Source: a virus
Taxonomy: Duplodnaviria; Heunggongvirae; Uroviricota; Caudoviricetes
Length of the DNA: 64,000 bases
Direction: 5' to 3' (one strand)
Virus record (IMG/VR): IMGVR_UViG_3300033076_001232
Coordinates: 142,435-206,434 of that record
Position numbers and translations under genes: made by a program. Below are positions 46,371 through 55,065 of the stretch, piece by piece. The notes under the pieces are model-generated. The model was not told the DNA's origin, searched no databases, and was given only the letters and a program-made list of their open reading frames with translations. Every line of letters starts with the position of its first letter. Position 1 is the first letter of the stretch.

Positions 46371-46856
46371 ATGACATTTGATAAATTTTCTAAAATCATA
46401 GAGAGATTGAAGAACCACTCTGAAAGGGTTCATACCGCTTACTCTCTTAAGATTGACCTTATAGATTTCGACGACGATCTAAATAGAATTATAGACGACC
46501 TCATTAAGGAGATATACGGAGAAACTGGGTATGATTGGTTTTCCTGGTTCTGCTTTGAAAATGATTACGGAAATAAAGATTGGAAATCCCTTCCTATATT
46601 AGGGACATCTAGGAAAATAGACGGTAAGGTAGCAAACATCGGCAGAATCAAAAACGGAAAGATCGGTATAGGAGCATGGGACGAGAACGGTAATCCCATT
46701 TGCTATGATGTAAGATCAACCTGGGAGTTCTTGGAAAAAAACTACTCCAGGGTACAAAAAAATGAAGGAGTAGATCCTCAGATTTGGGAAACAATCAAGG
46801 AAAGCGGGGATAAGATAAATCAGAAAACAAATAAAAACAATAAAAAAGAGGAATGA
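46371..46856 (+). CDS. Hypothetical protein
   Basis: ORF track. Confidence 0.45.
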   Translation: MTFDKFSKIIERLKNHSERVHTAYSLKIDLIDFDDDLNRIIDDLIKEIYGETGYDWFSWFCFENDYGNKDWKSLPILGTSRKIDGKVANIGRIKNGKIGIGAWDENGNPICYDVRSTWEFLEKNYSRVQKNEGVDPQIWETIKESGDKINQKTNKNNKKEE

Positions 46857-47155
46857 AAAAGTTTTACTTAACCGTCGGAATTGCTTTTTTGACAACAAGT
46901 CTTTTTTCTCAGAAATCAAAAAATCCAGAGGAAAGAAAAGTAGTTTATGCCGACTTCGCTTATGCAACCCCGAGCAGAGACACGCTATTTTTATCCAAGG
47001 ATGACACCATCTCTATGAATACCTATCGAACATGGGAGATGGATCCCACATGGAAGGGAGTCAATCCAGTTATCCTTTTTGTACCTCAAGAATTTATCAA
47101 TTCTAGAAAATCACAGGGAGTAATAACTTCGGGTGATACCGGATCTAGAAATTAA
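46853..47155 (+). CDS. Small secreted/lipoprotein-like protein
   Basis: MKKFYLTVGIAFLTTSLFSQ signal peptide. Confidence 0.45.
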   Translation: MKKFYLTVGIAFLTTSLFSQKSKNPEERKVVYADFAYATPSRDTLFLSKDDTISMNTYRTWEMDPTWKGVNPVILFVPQEFINSRKSQGVITSGDTGSRN

Positions 47156-47158
47156 AGG

Positions 47159-48115
47159 ATGAGAAAGATAAGAAAGATAATTATAATGAGGAACGAGAGA
47201 ATTTTAGAAAGAACAGAAGAACCTATGGAAGAGGATAAGAACAATTGTGACTTCGTACAGTGGACGATTATAGGAGACGGCAGTTTTGCACCATCCAACA
47301 AAACACTAGAAATTTTAGATCCAGGTTTATATGAACCCGCCTACAATAATAGGATGGGTGAATGGACACTTATGAAGATGAAGGTTAATACCGATGAATT
47401 GTTCGAGTTACCAACTCCAGAGATTGCTGAGATCCTAAATGATCTTAAGAAATTCTGGGAAAGAAAGGATGAGTATAAGAAATTTAAGATTCTTCATAAG
47501 AGAGGCATTCTTCTATACGGAGATCCTGGATGTGGTAAATCTGGAATTCTCCAGCTTTGTATGAAGCACATCATAAAAGATCTTAATGGTCTGGTTATAA
47601 ACCTTAAGGACGAGGAAACAGTAAGAGGTTACATAGGTATGGTTGATCGTCTAAGACAGATAGAGCCAAACAGACCAATTATAGTTATCCTTGAGGATAT
47701 AGATTCTATAGCATCGGAGGGCAATTTCGTAACTTCTCAACTTCTAAATATGCTGGATGGTATAAAGCAAACTGAAAATGTTGCTTATATAGCCACAACC
47801 AACTATCCAGAAAAATTGGAAGAGCGTATTACAAATAGACCTTCCCGTTTCGATAGAAGATATTACGTTTCACCTCCATGTGATCAGGTTAGAAGATCTT
47901 ACCTTGAGAGAAAAACTAATGGAGAAATGGGAGAAGAAGAAATTGAAATGTGGATCAAAGACACTGAAGGTATGTCTCTATCGCATCTGAAGGAGCTTCT
48001 TATTTCAGTGAAGGTTTTAGAAAATCCTTATGATCAGGCGATAGATCATCTAAAAGGTATGAAATCAAAGCCAAGAGGTAAAGGACAAAAACAAGTAGGA
48101 TTTGGTAGCAATTAA
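47159..48115 (+). CDS. AAA+ ATPase (classic AAA clade)
   Basis: Walker A GDPGCGKS, Walker B IVILEDID, second region of homology NRPSRFDRR. Confidence 0.75.
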   Translation: MRKIRKIIIMRNERILERTEEPMEEDKNNCDFVQWTIIGDGSFAPSNKTLEILDPGLYEPAYNNRMGEWTLMKMKVNTDELFELPTPEIAEILNDLKKFWERKDEYKKFKILHKRGILLYGDPGCGKSGILQLCMKHIIKDLNGLVINLKDEETVRGYIGMVDRLRQIEPNRPIIVILEDIDSIASEGNFVTSQLLNMLDGIKQTENVAYIATTNYPEKLEERITNRPSRFDRRYYVSPPCDQVRRSYLERKTNGEMGEEEIEMWIKDTEGMSLSHLKELLISVKVLENPYDQAIDHLKGMKSKPRGKGQKQVGFGSN

Positions 48116-48118
48116 TTT

Positions 48119-48334
48119 ATGGAACTCACAAAGGATCAAATAAAGCACATAGACGAAGCTTTAGACTTCTACCCAGATCTAACCATGGATACCATTGACG
48201 AAATCCACGAGGAGATACTAGACAACATGATAGACGATTTTATAATCGATCTATCAGACGACGAGGAAGGGGATTTGCACATGACATACTCTAATTTGGT
48301 TTACGAAAACCTGGAGTCAAGAATATCTCAATGA
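48119..48334 (+). CDS. Small acidic protein
   Basis: ORF track. Confidence 0.4.
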   Translation: MELTKDQIKHIDEALDFYPDLTMDTIDEIHEEILDNMIDDFIIDLSDDEEGDLHMTYSNLVYENLESRISQ

Positions 48335-48355
48335 TACCGGATCTAAACTTTTAAA

Positions 48356-48565
48356 GTGGGAACAAGAGACCATTTAATTGGATGTAAGGTAACTACTGAT
48401 TATTACGAGAACGAGGTTTTTAAAATAGTCGATGTCCGAGTAGGAGAATTCCTGCTAAGAGGAGATTGGAGCGGAGGTACTCACAGTGTTTGCCAGGAGA
48501 GCTGGTATCCAGAAGAAAAATGTAAATTTCTATTAGTAGAGGTTGAATGGCTAAAAATAAAATAA
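48356..48565 (+). CDS. Small hypothetical protein
   Basis: ORF track. Confidence 0.4.
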   Translation: MGTRDHLIGCKVTTDYYENEVFKIVDVRVGEFLLRGDWSGGTHSVCQESWYPEEKCKFLLVEVEWLKIK

Positions 48566-48575
48566 AAAGTATAAA

Positions 48576-49445
48576 ATGAAAGATGCACTAGGCGACAGAA
48601 TGAAGGACTTTTACGAAGACCGAACACGTTACAAGTTGGCACGTCGCACCAACACGATTATCCGCATTGACGGAAAAGCTTTCCACACTTACACAAAGGG
48701 TTTAAAGAGACCTTTTGATGAAGGTTTAATGGAGGACATGAATAAGACAACTGAGTTTCTATGTCAGAATATTCAAGGAGCAAAATTTGGATACGTTCAA
48801 TCAGATGAGATTTCTATTCTCATCACTGATTACGATGATATGAGTACACACGCTTGGTTTGATGGTAACCTACAAAAGATGTCATCCATTGCTGCATCAT
48901 TGACAACTGCAAAGTTTAACCAATTAAGAATGGCAAGATTCTGTAGGAATGAAGGAATCGAGCCAAAGTATAGAGAAGATTCTTACATCAGTAACTCTCA
49001 AATCGGGGATTTCAAACTTGCAATGTTTGATGCACGTGTTTTTCAGATTCCTTACCAAGAAGAAGTGATTAACTACTTTATCTGGAGACAGCAAGATGCT
49101 ACAAGGAATTCTATCTCTTCTGTTGCCCAATCTTACTTCTCACCAAAAGAACTCCATGGTAAGAAAACAAGTGAAATGCAGGACCTGTTAATGTTACAAA
49201 AGAATATTAACTGGAACGATTTTACCCCAAGGGAGAAGAGAGGATCATTGATTAGAAAAGTTGAGAAAAAATTTGTTAGAACTAATCCTATCGACGACGG
49301 TAAGACCTATCCAATTGACACGAACCAAACTTATACAAGAAATGTTTGGGAAGCTGATGTAGAGACTCCAATCTTTTCCCAAGAAAAGGGATATCTTCGT
49401 TGGCTAATGCCACAAACACAGGACGACAAAACTCCAATCTTGTAA
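48576..49445 (+). CDS. Thg1-like protein (tRNA-His guanylyltransferase family, 3'-5' nucleotidyl transferase)
   Basis: IIRIDGKAFHTY, GYVQSDEISILI, WRQQDA align with Thg1 VVRLDGRNFHRF / GQSDEYS / WRQAD. Confidence 0.7.
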   Translation: MKDALGDRMKDFYEDRTRYKLARRTNTIIRIDGKAFHTYTKGLKRPFDEGLMEDMNKTTEFLCQNIQGAKFGYVQSDEISILITDYDDMSTHAWFDGNLQKMSSIAASLTTAKFNQLRMARFCRNEGIEPKYREDSYISNSQIGDFKLAMFDARVFQIPYQEEVINYFIWRQQDATRNSISSVAQSYFSPKELHGKKTSEMQDLLMLQKNINWNDFTPREKRGSLIRKVEKKFVRTNPIDDGKTYPIDTNQTYTRNVWEADVETPIFSQEKGYLRWLMPQTQDDKTPIL

Positions 49446-49447
49446 TT

Positions 49448-50083
49448 GTGAAAGTTATATTTTTAGATATCGATGGAGTAATGAACTCCCAAGTTTTCTA
49501 TAAAGAAAGATACGATCGAAGATGGAGGAAACCAATAACTTATTGGTTCGAGTTGAGAAGATTGTTTAGAAAGGCTTTTGGAATAAAACCGAAAGCCACT
49601 TCTATGGCCGATTATGTTATCCCCGATTCACACTTTGAATTTGATTATCAATTTGAAAGATTGAAAGAGGAAACCTGCAAAGAAAAATGGGGATGGCTTA
49701 GTGAATGGTGTAACGAAACTGGAACTAAGATATGTGTTTCATCAACATGGAAAAATCACTTCGGAACTAAAGAATATGTTTCGACCCCTGAAAAATGGGA
49801 AGATGCTCTTCAACTTTTAGGATTTCTACCAGGAACATTTGTCGGAGTTACTGGAAATAGAAGGAACATAAGGGGCGAAGAAATTGCCGAATGGTTAGAA
49901 CAAAATCCCAACGTGGAAGATTATGCAATTTTAGATGATGACTCAGATATGTTACCCGAGCAATTTAAGAAATTCCACCATTGCGACAGCTGGTTTGGAC
50001 TATCTCCAAATCATCTCTACCGAATAGATAGACAGTTTGAAGGTAAGTCTAACTACGAAAAACTAACAAAAACAATAATATGA
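49448..50083 (+). CDS. HAD-superfamily phosphatase (RNA-repair-associated HAD type), paralog A; GTG start
   Basis: MKVIFLDIDGV motif I; start chosen by identity with paralog B 5' end. Confidence 0.55.
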   Translation: MKVIFLDIDGVMNSQVFYKERYDRRWRKPITYWFELRRLFRKAFGIKPKATSMADYVIPDSHFEFDYQFERLKEETCKEKWGWLSEWCNETGTKICVSSTWKNHFGTKEYVSTPEKWEDALQLLGFLPGTFVGVTGNRRNIRGEEIAEWLEQNPNVEDYAILDDDSDMLPEQFKKFHHCDSWFGLSPNHLYRIDRQFEGKSNYEKLTKTII

Positions 50084-50301
50084 GAGCGGAAGAAGCAAGA
50101 AAAATAGCGGAACAATTCACACCAGATGTAAAGGAAGTTCTTGAAATAGTAAAGAAAGAAGCAACGAATGGTGGATTATCCACTTCAGGAGCCTCAAGGT
50201 TTCTTTTTAACGAGAGGGTAAGAAAATATCTCGAAAAATTAGGTTACCGGATAAAATTTGTGGAGGCTCAGAGAGACGGATACTGGGAAATTAGCTGGTA
50301 A
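50080..50301 (+). CDS. Small hypothetical protein
   Basis: ATGA overlap. Confidence 0.4.
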   Translation: MRAEEARKIAEQFTPDVKEVLEIVKKEATNGGLSTSGASRFLFNERVRKYLEKLGYRIKFVEAQRDGYWEISW

Positions 50302-50302
50302 G

Positions 50303-50848
50303 ATGAAAGTTATATTTTTAGATCACGATGGCGTGATATGTCTTGCCGACCAATGGGGAGGAAGATACAAGAAGAAGGGATACGATAGTAATCCAGAAAC
50401 ACCCATGGATATCAGAATGGATAGCTTTGATAAAAAAGCTGTTAATGTACTAAACAAGATCATAGATAAAAGTGGGTGCGAGATAGTTATCTCGTCGGAC
50501 TGGAAAAGATGGGGAACTTTGGAGCAGATTCAGGAAATGTATCGAACCAGGGGAATAAAAGAACCCATTGGACTAACCCCATTTTTCTCGGATCTTCTAA
50601 AAGAAAGAAAGGTTCCTATGGCAGCAGAGTTTACCATGAGGGATTCTTTAGAAATTGAGAGGCACTATGAAATATTAGATTGGCTGAAGAATCACCCTGA
50701 GGTAACCCATTGGGTCTCGGTAGATGATCTTGATATGTCTAAGAGAGATTGGTGGGGGTTAGAAAATTTTGTTCTGTGTAAAAGACCACATAGAGAAGGG
50801 ATAAAACAGTGTGGACTTAAGGATAAAATACTAGAGTATCTACTCTGA
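50303..50848 (+). CDS. HAD-superfamily phosphatase, paralog B
   Basis: MKVIFLDHDGV motif I, ISSDWK motif II-like. Confidence 0.55.
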   Translation: MKVIFLDHDGVICLADQWGGRYKKKGYDSNPETPMDIRMDSFDKKAVNVLNKIIDKSGCEIVISSDWKRWGTLEQIQEMYRTRGIKEPIGLTPFFSDLLKERKVPMAAEFTMRDSLEIERHYEILDWLKNHPEVTHWVSVDDLDMSKRDWWGLENFVLCKRPHREGIKQCGLKDKILEYLL

Positions 50849-50887
50849 TATCATATATGAATAGTATCAGGGGAGATATATAATAGT

Positions 50888-52408
50888 ATGGAAAATATCA
50901 TACCTTTTAGCACATACTCATCTTTAAACGAGTCAGTAGATCCAAATGCTACTAATATCATTATAGGTGATTCTCAATCACCTCTGATGGCTTTAAATAT
51001 CAAGAACGCAAGTCTTATTTCTAAACAACAGGGGGAATCTTCTCTATGGAAAGGAGGAATGGGCGTAAAATGGTTAAAGGATGCGGTTTCAAAGTATCCA
51101 GTTTCACCAAGAATACAAAACGTTGTGATCAACATTGGTACAAATGGAGGATTTAACAAGAGAGATGATATTAAAGGTCTATACGATCAACTAAAAAGAG
51201 CATTTCCTAACGCTAGATTTTTACAATTACAAGGAACATGGGGATGGGGTGGTAATAAAAACGTAACCGAATCCCAGGTTAAAGATTATTACAAGGAGTT
51301 CGAAAAACAGGGAGCAATAATAGTTTATCCTGCTAAGGGATACGTAGCAACAGATAGAGAAGCACATACAAATAGACCGATTCTAGCCAAACTTGGTGCT
51401 GAGGTTGATAGATTGATAAATACCCCAGGCAAATCTGTATCTTCTGCGGTTTCATATTCATCAACATCGAGCAGTCAATCAACAAACACACAGCAATATT
51501 CAGCTGGGTCATCTAATGTTATTGGAGGTATAATTTCTAGACCCGGTGATCCCTACAAATACAAGGTAGAGAATGATCACTGGATGGCTAAAAGGGACGA
51601 TCACACCCGATGGTACGAAATTACAGGTAAGGACTTCAAACCTGGATACCAGGTGTCTATAGATATTTTAGATACCGAGAACCCAAATGCAAGGACAGAA
51701 AAAGCTCCAAAAAGAACCGTTAAGAATAACGGAGGTAATGTTAACAATGGTGGTAATGTTAACAATGGTGGTAATATTAATAATGGAGGTGGTAGCGAAG
51801 AGGATAACATAGATCAGGTTCTTCTTCCTTTTGGAAAGGGTGCGGATCCAGAAAAATTAGATCCTAAAATATCTAAAGAATTTAATTTTCATCTTATCCC
51901 GGATGGGAAAGATACCAACTATAGAAGTGCTCAGCTCCCTATGAAACACCTGAAAGACATGTACATCAAATACGGAGTTAAGAGAGTAATTAGATTAAAC
52001 GGGGACGGGAAAGATGCTAAGCATCATCTACTTAATAAGCCAGTAACTATCCAACAAGAAAGAGATCTATGTAAAGAGATCGGATGTGAATTTCATAAGT
52101 TATCAGCAACTAAGGATCAGGAAAAAATAAATCAGTTACTTGCACAGGGAAATACTCTCATCCACTGTGCTCACGGAGCAGACAGAACAGGAGGAACAGT
52201 TGGTGGGTATTTCTATGATACGAAGGTTAATCCGAGTCTAACTACAACTGATGCAATATGGAAGTACACTACCCAATATAATAACTGGAACTCTATGGCT
52301 AAGAATAGACCAAAGAAATTTGCAGATGGTGGTTACTTAACATTGGCTCAAAAATTTGGAGTGGCCGATCTAGAAACAGCAAACAAATTAGCAAAAAAAT
52401 ACAAATAA
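50888..52408 (+). CDS. Fusion protein: N-terminal SGNH/GDSL-like hydrolase, G/N-rich repeat linker, C-terminal cysteine phosphatase (HCxxGxxR; RNA 5'-phosphatase/PTP-like)
   Basis: IIIGDSQS block I; NNGGNVNNGGNVNNGGNINNGGG linker; LIHCAHGADRTGG P-loop. Confidence 0.55.
   Translation: MENIIPFSTYSSLNESVDPNATNIIIGDSQSPLMALNIKNASLISKQQGESSLWKGGMGVKWLKDAVSKYPVSPRIQNVVINIGTNGGFNKRDDIKGLYDQLKRAFPNARFLQLQGTWGWGGNKNVTESQVKDYYKEFEKQGAIIVYPAKGYVATDREAHTNRPILAKLGAEVDRLINTPGKSVSSAVSYSSTSSSQSTNTQQYSAGSSNVIGGIISRPGDPYKYKVENDHWMAKRDDHTRWYEITGKDFKPGYQVSIDILDTENPNARTEKAPKRTVKNNGGNVNNGGNVNNGGNINNGGGSEEDNIDQVLLPFGKGADPEKLDPKISKEFNFHLIPDGKDTNYRSAQLPMKHLKDMYIKYGVKRVIRLNGDGKDAKHHLLNKPVTIQQERDLCKEIGCEFHKLSATKDQEKINQLLAQGNTLIHCAHGADRTGGTVGGYFYDTKVNPSLTTTDAIWKYTTQYNNWNSMAKNRPKKFADGGYLTLAQKFGVADLETANKLAKKYK
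51731..51793 (+). repeat. 18-nt tandem repeat (ggtggtaatgttaacaat x ~3.5) encoding GGNVNN units
   Basis: Direct reading of sequence. Confidence 0.9.
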
Positions 52409-52409
52409 A

Positions 52410-52697
52410 ATGAAAGTAGAAGTTATCGATTTTTACGCCGATTGGTGTAATCCTTGCAAGGCTATGAGTCCTGCAATTCAAGCACTCCAAGAAGAGTTTC
52501 CGGAAGGAAATGAATCGGGTGTTACAATCACAAAAATTAATGTGGATTCAAATCCAGAAGAAGCAAAGAAATACAATATTAGATCTATCCCAACACTAGT
52601 TTTTTTAAAGGAGGGAATAGAGAGCGAGAGAGCATCTGGTGCTAAAACTAAAGATTTTATCAAGGAAAGAATCAATGAGATTATTTTAAACAACTAA
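52410..52697 (+). CDS. Thioredoxin
   Basis: YADWCNPCK (CxxC) active site; ~95 aa. Confidence 0.8.
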   Translation: MKVEVIDFYADWCNPCKAMSPAIQALQEEFPEGNESGVTITKINVDSNPEEAKKYNIRSIPTLVFLKEGIESERASGAKTKDFIKERINEIILNN

Positions 52698-52717
52698 GAG
52701 ATATTTCACAATATTAT

Positions 52718-52756
52718 AATCCCGGAGTTATTAACAACTTCGGGATTTTTTTTTGG
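52718..52756 (+). terminator. Rho-independent terminator
   Basis: 10-bp stem aatcccggag/cttcgggatt (one G-U), T9. Confidence 0.7.
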
Positions 52757-52838
52757 TTTTTTTCTTAAATTCTTAAACTTTTCCAAAACCTTTGCATATA
52801 AACTAGTATAAAATAAAAACAAAAAAAAAACAAAAATT

Positions 52839-53312
52839 ATGGAAAACTTAAAAGCTATTGCAGAACTGGCTAACGCCTTAAAAAATGACATTCGTGTAAA
52901 ATCGTGGATTGCTCCAAACCAGCCTCTTTTCGTGAATAGCGAGGAGAACAGCGATATGTTCTTAACAACTTATCGAATAAGAAACTCATATGAGATACTT
53001 TTAAATAAGCTGGATCTATATGAGGAGATTACTGATGAGAAAGATATGGTTCTTATAAATCGATTATTCGAAATGGATTTTTATCCTCCTAGAAAAATGA
53101 GTCTTAGCGATTGGAAGAACGGAAGAGATCCAATCGTCAGAGTTACAAAGGCATATAAGGATTTAAGATGGAAGGGAAACCGAAGAAGGAGATATGAAAT
53201 TACTTTAGAATTAGATAACGGAAAAAAACATCAGATAAATCCAAATAATGTTTTAAATAAGTTCTTATCCATTAGAAAATCGTTACCTGCATTAGCAGAT
53301 TCAAACCTATAA
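52839..53312 (+). CDS. Hypothetical protein
   Basis: ORF track. Confidence 0.45.
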   Translation: MENLKAIAELANALKNDIRVKSWIAPNQPLFVNSEENSDMFLTTYRIRNSYEILLNKLDLYEEITDEKDMVLINRLFEMDFYPPRKMSLSDWKNGRDPIVRVTKAYKDLRWKGNRRRRYEITLELDNGKKHQINPNNVLNKFLSIRKSLPALADSNL

Positions 53313-53316
53313 AAAA

Positions 53317-53342
53317 GGAGACCTTTGGGTCTCCTTTTTTTT
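53317..53342. terminator. Bidirectional rho-independent terminator between convergent genes
   Basis: stem ggagacc/ggtctcc, loop tttg, A-run before and T-run after. Confidence 0.8.
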
Positions 53343-53481
53343 ATTTACCTTGTCCTCTATATCCTTTTACATACTTCTTAGACCTCTTATTGCTAGAGGT
53401 CTTACTTTTAGCGTGACGATCACATGAATTTCTGTTTTTCTTAACGAAATTGTTAGATGCTTGTACTTTTGCCTTTGCCAT
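53341..53481 (-). CDS. Very basic 46-aa protein (MAKAKVQASNNFVKKNRNS...)
   Basis: Gap-filling minus-strand ORF downstream of 53498 gene; K/R-rich. Confidence 0.3.
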   Translation of the reverse strand: MAKAKVQASNNFVKKNRNSCDRHAKSKTSSNKRSKKYVKGYRGQGK

Positions 53482-53497
53482 TGTTATTAAGGTTATT

Positions 53498-54106
53498 TTA
53501 GATTATATCTGTTGACTCCAACAGAGTGTACGAGAAAGCATTCCCGTGTATTTTAGCAGCCTTCTTACAGATAGCCATAAATTGATCGAAATCTTTGACT
53601 CTTTTAAAGACCTGACATCCTTCGCTCCAATTTTCTACCCATGCTGAATCGGTTCCAGCCTTATGAATATTAATACCAAACATTCCTGTGTCTGTTACCT
53701 TTTCTTCGAAAAGTAGGTCTCTGTTCTTGTCTCTCCATACCGTTACGTTTCCGTTTCTTTGACATAGAGCTTCATACTTACCCTGGTGTTTGTCAATCTT
53801 CCAAACTCCTCTATATTGTCCTGGCACCAATCTAGCTACACCTTTATTGTTATGGAACTCCATAACACCTTTTTTACCCGGATCGCAAGTACCAGCCCAA
53901 CAAAAGAATTGCCAGTTACCAGATTCATCTTTGTATGATATAGTTAAGTGATCGTCGAAAACGTTTGTAACTTTGTCTGCGACACTAGGAGCATTATTTC
54001 TTACCCCAACAATGTTTACATCATAGGTTTTATTAGAAGAATCGTCAAACCATTTGTAACCTTTACTTGTAACAGCCTTTTCAATCTGTTCTCTTGTGTA
54101 ACTCAT
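53498..54106 (-). CDS. YkuD-like (L,D-transpeptidase fold) protein; cell-wall peptidase candidate
   Basis: H(x16)SEGCQV resembling YkuD H..S.GC.R catalytic arrangement. Confidence 0.35.
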   Translation of the reverse strand: MSYTREQIEKAVTSKGYKWFDDSSNKTYDVNIVGVRNNAPSVADKVTNVFDDHLTISYKDESGNWQFFCWAGTCDPGKKGVMEFHNNKGVARLVPGQYRGVWKIDKHQGKYEALCQRNGNVTVWRDKNRDLLFEEKVTDTGMFGINIHKAGTDSAWVENWSEGCQVFKRVKDFDQFMAICKKAAKIHGNAFSYTLLESTDII

Positions 54107-54155
54107 AATTTATTTATTTTTTTTCCTGCTAGGGTTTTTCAAACCCCCGTTTTAT

Positions 54156-54632
54156 TTATCGTTTTTCGTCCCTGATTTTTGCTCTATAATAGAGAAGTTT
54201 ATTGACAGTGCTCATGAACAACCAGTCTTCAACATAAGGCAATTTGCATATAAAATTATATTCTCTAAGATAACACATATACTCTTCCTTATTTGGATCT
54301 TTAATGTAATACATGTTATTGCTTAAATATAAGTGATATGATTCATGAACTAATACGCAAGCTATATTGTTGATTGATCCAATCTTCATATCACTCACGT
54401 TAATAGCTATAGTGTGTGGTAATTTGGTGGACGAGTGATCAGATACTATAAATTCTATCTCCTTGCAATTCTCCATAAGAATCCTGTATGATAATGTATC
54501 AGTATCTTTTATTAACCTGATTGCGGAGTCTACTGAATATTTCCATCCATCTCCAACATCAGGTATTTTTATTTGAGCTCTTAAATGAAATATGGATAAG
54601 ATGAATATGATCAGGGTAGCTGCAATACGCAT
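54156..54632 (-). CDS. Secreted small protein with HExxH motif
   Basis: Signal peptide MRIAATLIIFILSIFHLRAQ; VHESYH. Confidence 0.4.
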   Translation of the reverse strand: MRIAATLIIFILSIFHLRAQIKIPDVGDGWKYSVDSAIRLIKDTDTLSYRILMENCKEIEFIVSDHSSTKLPHTIAINVSDMKIGSINNIACVLVHESYHLYLSNNMYYIKDPNKEEYMCYLREYNFICKLPYVEDWLFMSTVNKLLYYRAKIRDEKR

Positions 54633-55060
54633 TGTTCAATTGCTTTTTTTAATGCTGACGATACAGTCATTTTTTGGAAAGGTATTGATCCCTCGACAAC
54701 TTCTAGCATGATGGTTTTTATCTCAGTATCAGATTCACCATAAGCTTCGTACTTATTTCCTTTATAATATAGTCTAACCCCTACCTGTGTTATTTGATTT
54801 GTCTTTTCTATACCTACCACTCTTATAGTGGTTTTAGGTAACCCAAAGAAAAATATCTCAACATCTATTTTTTCGCCGGATTCTGATATACAATATTTTT
54901 CAGAAAGCATATCTTCGGTCATTTGTTTAACGCCAAATCTTATATCTCTCTTTCCTAAATCCTTAAATTTAGCTGTAGAATAAACTGAATCCACAGTCAA
55001 ACATGTTTGACCAAGAGAGATGGCCGGAATAATCAGTAGGAAAAATAATAATCTTTTCAT
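54611..55060 (-). CDS. Secreted hypothetical protein
   Basis: Signal peptide MKRLLFFLLIIPAISLGQ. Confidence 0.45.
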   Translation of the reverse strand: MKRLLFFLLIIPAISLGQTCLTVDSVYSTAKFKDLGKRDIRFGVKQMTEDMLSEKYCISESGEKIDVEIFFFGLPKTTIRVVGIEKTNQITQVGVRLYYKGNKYEAYGESDTEIKTIMLEVVEGSIPFQKMTVSSALKKAIEQCVLQLP

Positions 55061-55065
55061 GTCTA

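Noticed and set aside
54131-54153. Hairpin gggttt-ttc-aaaccc between minus-strand genes
   Set aside because: Orientation of the flanking A/T runs does not fit a terminator for the minus-strand transcripts; too short and weak to call.
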